From: Sphingomicrobium sp.
GTDB lineage: Bacteria > Pseudomonadota > Alphaproteobacteria > Sphingomonadales > Sphingomonadaceae
Direction of reading: 5' to 3'
DNA length: 53,892 nucleotides
Assembly: GCA_039925325.1 (NCBI GenBank)
Contig: JBDSZD010000095.1
Span: forward strand, 1 to 53,892
Part shown: piece after piece, positions 50,797-53,892 of the stretch
Layout: each line of letters starts with the position of its first letter
How positions within the stretch are numbered: the first letter of the stretch is position 1
Program-made: the position numbers and the translations under genes
The notes under the pieces: model-generated
Told to the model about the DNA's origin: nothing
Database searches by the model: none
What the model saw: the letters and a program-made list of their open reading frames with translations, nothing else

Positions 50797-51570
50797 ATGA
50801 TGCAGGCGGTAATTCTTGCCGGAGGTTTGGGCACGCGATTGGGCGAAGAAACGTCCGTACGGCCCAAGCCCATGGTCGAGATCGGCGGGATGCCGATCAT
50901 CTGGCACATCATGAACATTTATTCGGCTGCCGGCGTGAACGACTTCATCGTCTGCCTCGGCTACAAAGGCTATCTTATCAAGGAGTTCTTCGCGAACTAC
51001 TTTCTTCACACCACCGATGTGACCGTCGATTTGCGCCAGAACTCGGTGGAAGTGCACAAGAACCGAAGCGAGCCGTGGCGGATTACCCTGGTCGATACCG
51101 GGGCCCAGACCATGACCGGCGGGCGACTCAAGGCGGTCGCAAACTATATCAACACGGATGGTCCGTTCTGCTTGACCTATGGCGATGGCCTCGCGGCGAT
51201 CGACGTCGCTCAGTTGATTGCGTTCCATAAAAGCCACGGAAAGAAAGCCACGCTCACCGCAGTTGCGCCTCCGGGCCGCTTCGGGAAGCTGGAATTCGGT
51301 GCGGGCGACAGTGTCTCCAGCTTTATCGAAAAACCGGCCGGTGACGGGGGTTATATCAACGGCGGTTTCTTCGTCGTCGATCCGTCGGTGCTCGATTATA
51401 TCGACGGGCCGGATACGATCTGGGAGCAGGAGCCGCTGGAGCGAATCGCCGCGGACGGCGAGCTTGCCGCTTACCGCCACGAAGGTTTCTGGCAGCCGAT
51501 GGATACGCTGCGCGACAAGATCTATCTGGAGACCCTGTGGGCCGAAGGAGCCCCCTGGAAATGCTGGTGA
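50797..51570 (+). CDS. rfbF: Glucose-1-phosphate cytidylyltransferase
   Basis: ILAGGLGTRLGEET..PKPMVEIG, DTG..TMTGGRL, TYGDG, INGGFFV, FWQPMDTLRDK, APWKCW. Confidence 0.96.
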   Translation: MMQAVILAGGLGTRLGEETSVRPKPMVEIGGMPIIWHIMNIYSAAGVNDFIVCLGYKGYLIKEFFANYFLHTTDVTVDLRQNSVEVHKNRSEPWRITLVDTGAQTMTGGRLKAVANYINTDGPFCLTYGDGLAAIDVAQLIAFHKSHGKKATLTAVAPPGRFGKLEFGAGDSVSSFIEKPAGDGGYINGGFFVVDPSVLDYIDGPDTIWEQEPLERIAADGELAAYRHEGFWQPMDTLRDKIYLETLWAEGAPWKCW

Positions 51571-52643
51571 AACGGTCCCCCTGGAACGGCCGCCGCGTCC
51601 TCGTCACCGGTCACACCGGGTTCAAGGGCGGCTGGCTGTCCCTTTGGCTCCATCAGATGGGCGCAGAAGTGACGGGATTGTCGCTCGCCCCGCCGACTGA
51701 ACCGAGCTTCTTCGAGCAAGTCCGGCTGCGCGACCTGGTCCACCACGTCGAAGGCGATATCCGGGATTTCGATACTGTCCGCAACGCCGTTGCAGCAGCC
51801 AGGCCCGAACTGGTGTTCCATCTCGCCGCCCAGCCGCTGGTCCGATACTCCTACGACAATCCGGTCGAAACCTATGCAACCAACGTCATGGGAACAGTGC
51901 ACATTCTGGAGGCATGTCGGCAGACAGCGGGCGTACAGGCGGTCGTTTGTGTCACCACCGACAAATGCTATGAAAATCGCGAGCAGGTGTGGCCGTACCG
52001 CGAATGCGATCCGATGGGCGGACACGATCCCTACAGCAGCAGCAAGGGTGCCGCTGAGCTCGCGATTTCCGCCTATCGCCGCTCCTATCCCGGGGGACCC
52101 GCGATCGCGTCGGTGCGCGCGGGCAATGTGATTGGCGGAGGCGATTGGGCGCAGGATCGTCTGGTCCCGGACCTTATCCGCGCCTTGCTGTCCGGCAAGC
52201 GCCCGATGATCCGCAATCCTGATTCCGTCAGGCCGTGGCAGCATGTGCTAGATGCGCTGAGCGGATATTTGCTGGTCGCCGAACGGGTGATGGATGGACG
52301 CACAGAGGCGGCGACGGCGTGGAACTTCGGTCCGTCCGAGGATGACGCCCGACCCGTGCGCTGGATCGTCGAACGCATGCTTTCCAGCTGGGGCTCTGAG
52401 GGCTGGGATCAACCGAACGAACCGCAGCCGCACGAAGCGACCCTGCTCAGGCTCGATTGTTCGAAAGCGCGGTCCGAACTGGGCTGGCGACCGGCGCTGG
52501 GTCTGGAAGCTGCGCTGACCAAGGTGGTCGAATGGCATTCGGCCGTTCACGACGGCGATGATCCGCGCGCAATCAGTGTCAGCCAGCTAGACGCCTATCG
52601 CAGCGAGCATCAGGAACATATGAGGCAAGTAATATGGGGCTGA
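51561..52643 (+). CDS. rfbG: CDP-glucose 4,6-dehydratase
   Basis: [56 protein letters not shown]. Confidence 0.96.
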   Translation: MLVKRSPWNGRRVLVTGHTGFKGGWLSLWLHQMGAEVTGLSLAPPTEPSFFEQVRLRDLVHHVEGDIRDFDTVRNAVAAARPELVFHLAAQPLVRYSYDNPVETYATNVMGTVHILEACRQTAGVQAVVCVTTDKCYENREQVWPYRECDPMGGHDPYSSSKGAAELAISAYRRSYPGGPAIASVRAGNVIGGGDWAQDRLVPDLIRALLSGKRPMIRNPDSVRPWQHVLDALSGYLLVAERVMDGRTEAATAWNFGPSEDDARPVRWIVERMLSSWGSEGWDQPNEPQPHEATLLRLDCSKARSELGWRPALGLEAALTKVVEWHSAVHDGDDPRAISVSQLDAYRSEHQEHMRQVIWG

Positions 52644-52657
52644 CCCCACCGACAGAA

Positions 52658-53892
52658 TTGAGCGATCTTCAGTCGCTAGCAGGTCAAAGCGATGAGCCGC
52701 AGCTGCGCCAGATGATCCTCGATCTGGTGGGAGAATATGCGCGCCGTCATCACGCCACTCCGGCCTTCGTTCCAGGCGCCAGTCCGGTTCCGGTGTCGGG
52801 CAAGGTCTATGGCGCCTCGGACATGTGCGCTCTGGTCGATTCCGCGCTCGATTTCTGGCTGACCACCGGCCGTTTCAATGCCGAGTTCGAAGAGCGCCTG
52901 GCCAATCGCCTGGGTGTCCGGCACGCCTTGACCACCAACTCCGGGTCGTCGGCGAACCTCCTCGCGCTTTCGTCCCTCACCTCGCACTATCTCCGCGATG
53001 AGGCGCTGAAGCCCGGCGATGAGGTCATCACCTGCGCCGCCGGTTTTCCGACGACGGTCAACCCGTCGCTCCAATACGGGCTCGTGCCGGTTTTCGTCGA
53101 CATCGACATCCCGACCTACAATATTCTGCCCGGCGCCATCGAGGCCGCGGTCACCGACAAGACCCGTGCGATCATGGTCGCGCACACGCTCGGCAACCCG
53201 TTCGATCTCGGGGAAGTCATGCGGGTCGCAGAAAAGTACGATCTGTGGGTCGTCGAGGATTGCTGCGACGCGCTCGGAGCGACCTATGACGGGCGCGGAG
53301 TTGGCACGTTCGGCGACATCGGGACACTCAGTTTCTATCCGGCGCACCACATCACCATGGGCGAAGGCGGCGCGGTCTTCACCGACAAGCCGCGGCTCAA
53401 ACGCGTGATCGAATCCATGCGCGACTGGGGTCGCGACTGCTGGTGCGCGCCCGGCAAGGACAATACCTGCGGCAAGCGCTTCTGCCGCAAGCTCGGCGAC
53501 CTGCCCGAAGGCTATGATCACAAATATACCTACAGCCACGTCGGCTATAATCTGAAGATTACCGATATGCAGGCCGCGGTCGGCTTGGCGCAGCTTGACC
53601 GGCTCGAAGGGTTCATCGAGGCACGGCGTCGCAACTTCGACAGGCTGACTCTGCTTCTCAAGCCGCTCGAAGACATATTCATCTTGCCCGAGGCGACGCC
53701 CAACAGCGAAGCCTCCTGGTTCGGCTTTCCCATCACGCTGCGCGAAGGCGCAAAGTTCAGCCGCGACGATCTGGTCCAGCATCTCGATGCCAAGCGCATC
53801 GGAACACGGCTCCTGTTCGGCGGCAACCTCATCCGCCAACCCTATATGAAAAAGCAGAATTACCGCGTGTCCGGCGACCTCACGAACGCCAA
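52658..53892 (+). CDS. rfbH: CDP-4-keto-6-deoxy-D-glucose 3-dehydratase RfbH/DdhC (E1), 3' end beyond the window
   Basis: Not in the ORF track. Manual translation from TTG 52658: ...[16 protein letters not shown]...WLTTGRFN...NSGSSANL...EDCCDALG...[14 protein letters not shown]...[17 protein letters not shown]...YDHKY. Confidence 0.95.
   Translation, partial: MSDLQSLAGQSDEPQLRQMILDLVGEYARRHHATPAFVPGASPVPVSGKVYGASDMCALVDSALDFWLTTGRFNAEFEERLANRLGVRHALTTNSGSSANLLALSSLTSHYLRDEALKPGDEVITCAAGFPTTVNPSLQYGLVPVFVDIDIPTYNILPGAIEAAVTDKTRAIMVAHTLGNPFDLGEVMRVAEKYDLWVVEDCCDALGATYDGRGVGTFGDIGTLSFYPAHHITMGEGGAVFTDKPRLKRVIESMRDWGRDCWCAPGKDNTCGKRFCRKLGDLPEGYDHKYTYSHVGYNLKITDMQAAVGLAQLDRLEGFIEARRRNFDRLTLLLKPLEDIFILPEATPNSEASWFGFPITLREGAKFSRDDLVQHLDAKRIGTRLLFGGNLIRQPYMKKQNYRVSGDLTNA

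Noticed and set aside
48592-52244. Long minus-strand ORFs (48592..49590, 50692..51480, 51522..52244)
   Set aside because: GC-rich antisense shadows of GH2, rfbF and rfbG.
52676-53839. 387-aa minus-strand ORF
   Set aside because: Antisense shadow of rfbH; no recognisable motifs.

Overview
Alphaproteobacterial DNA, Sphingomonadaceae-like judging by GC-richness and a Pro-rich 'CPDG...PERG' outer-membrane protein. It is almost entirely a surface-glycan region. From ~0.8 to 46.6 kb lies an ABC-transporter-dependent (group 2/3-type) capsule locus: kpsS, kpsC, an OPX export lipoprotein, kpsE/M/T, CMP-Kdo supply (kpsF, kdsA, kdsB), dTDP-rhamnose (rmlABCD), GDP-fucose (manC, gmd, fcl), several glycosyltransferases and decorating enzymes (KdoO-like hydroxylase, two methyltransferases, GSCFA and SGNH proteins). 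It is flanked on the left by a partial manD. On the right are an OMP, an internally deleted GH97, a GH2 and the start of a CDP-3,6-dideoxyhexose operon (rfbF-rfbG-rfbH). The most notable structure is an uncharacterised three-gene module (sulfotransferase/coiled-coil scaffold + GT-B protein + two-domain GT) present twice in opposite orientation. The intact copy sits in a ~13 kb AT-richer cassette that splits rmlC from rmlB and is bounded by degenerate copies of the rmlC/rmlB junction. The resident copy has lost its sulfotransferase domain, whose decayed remnant is still readable upstream. All calls come from motif recognition by eye; no searches were run.
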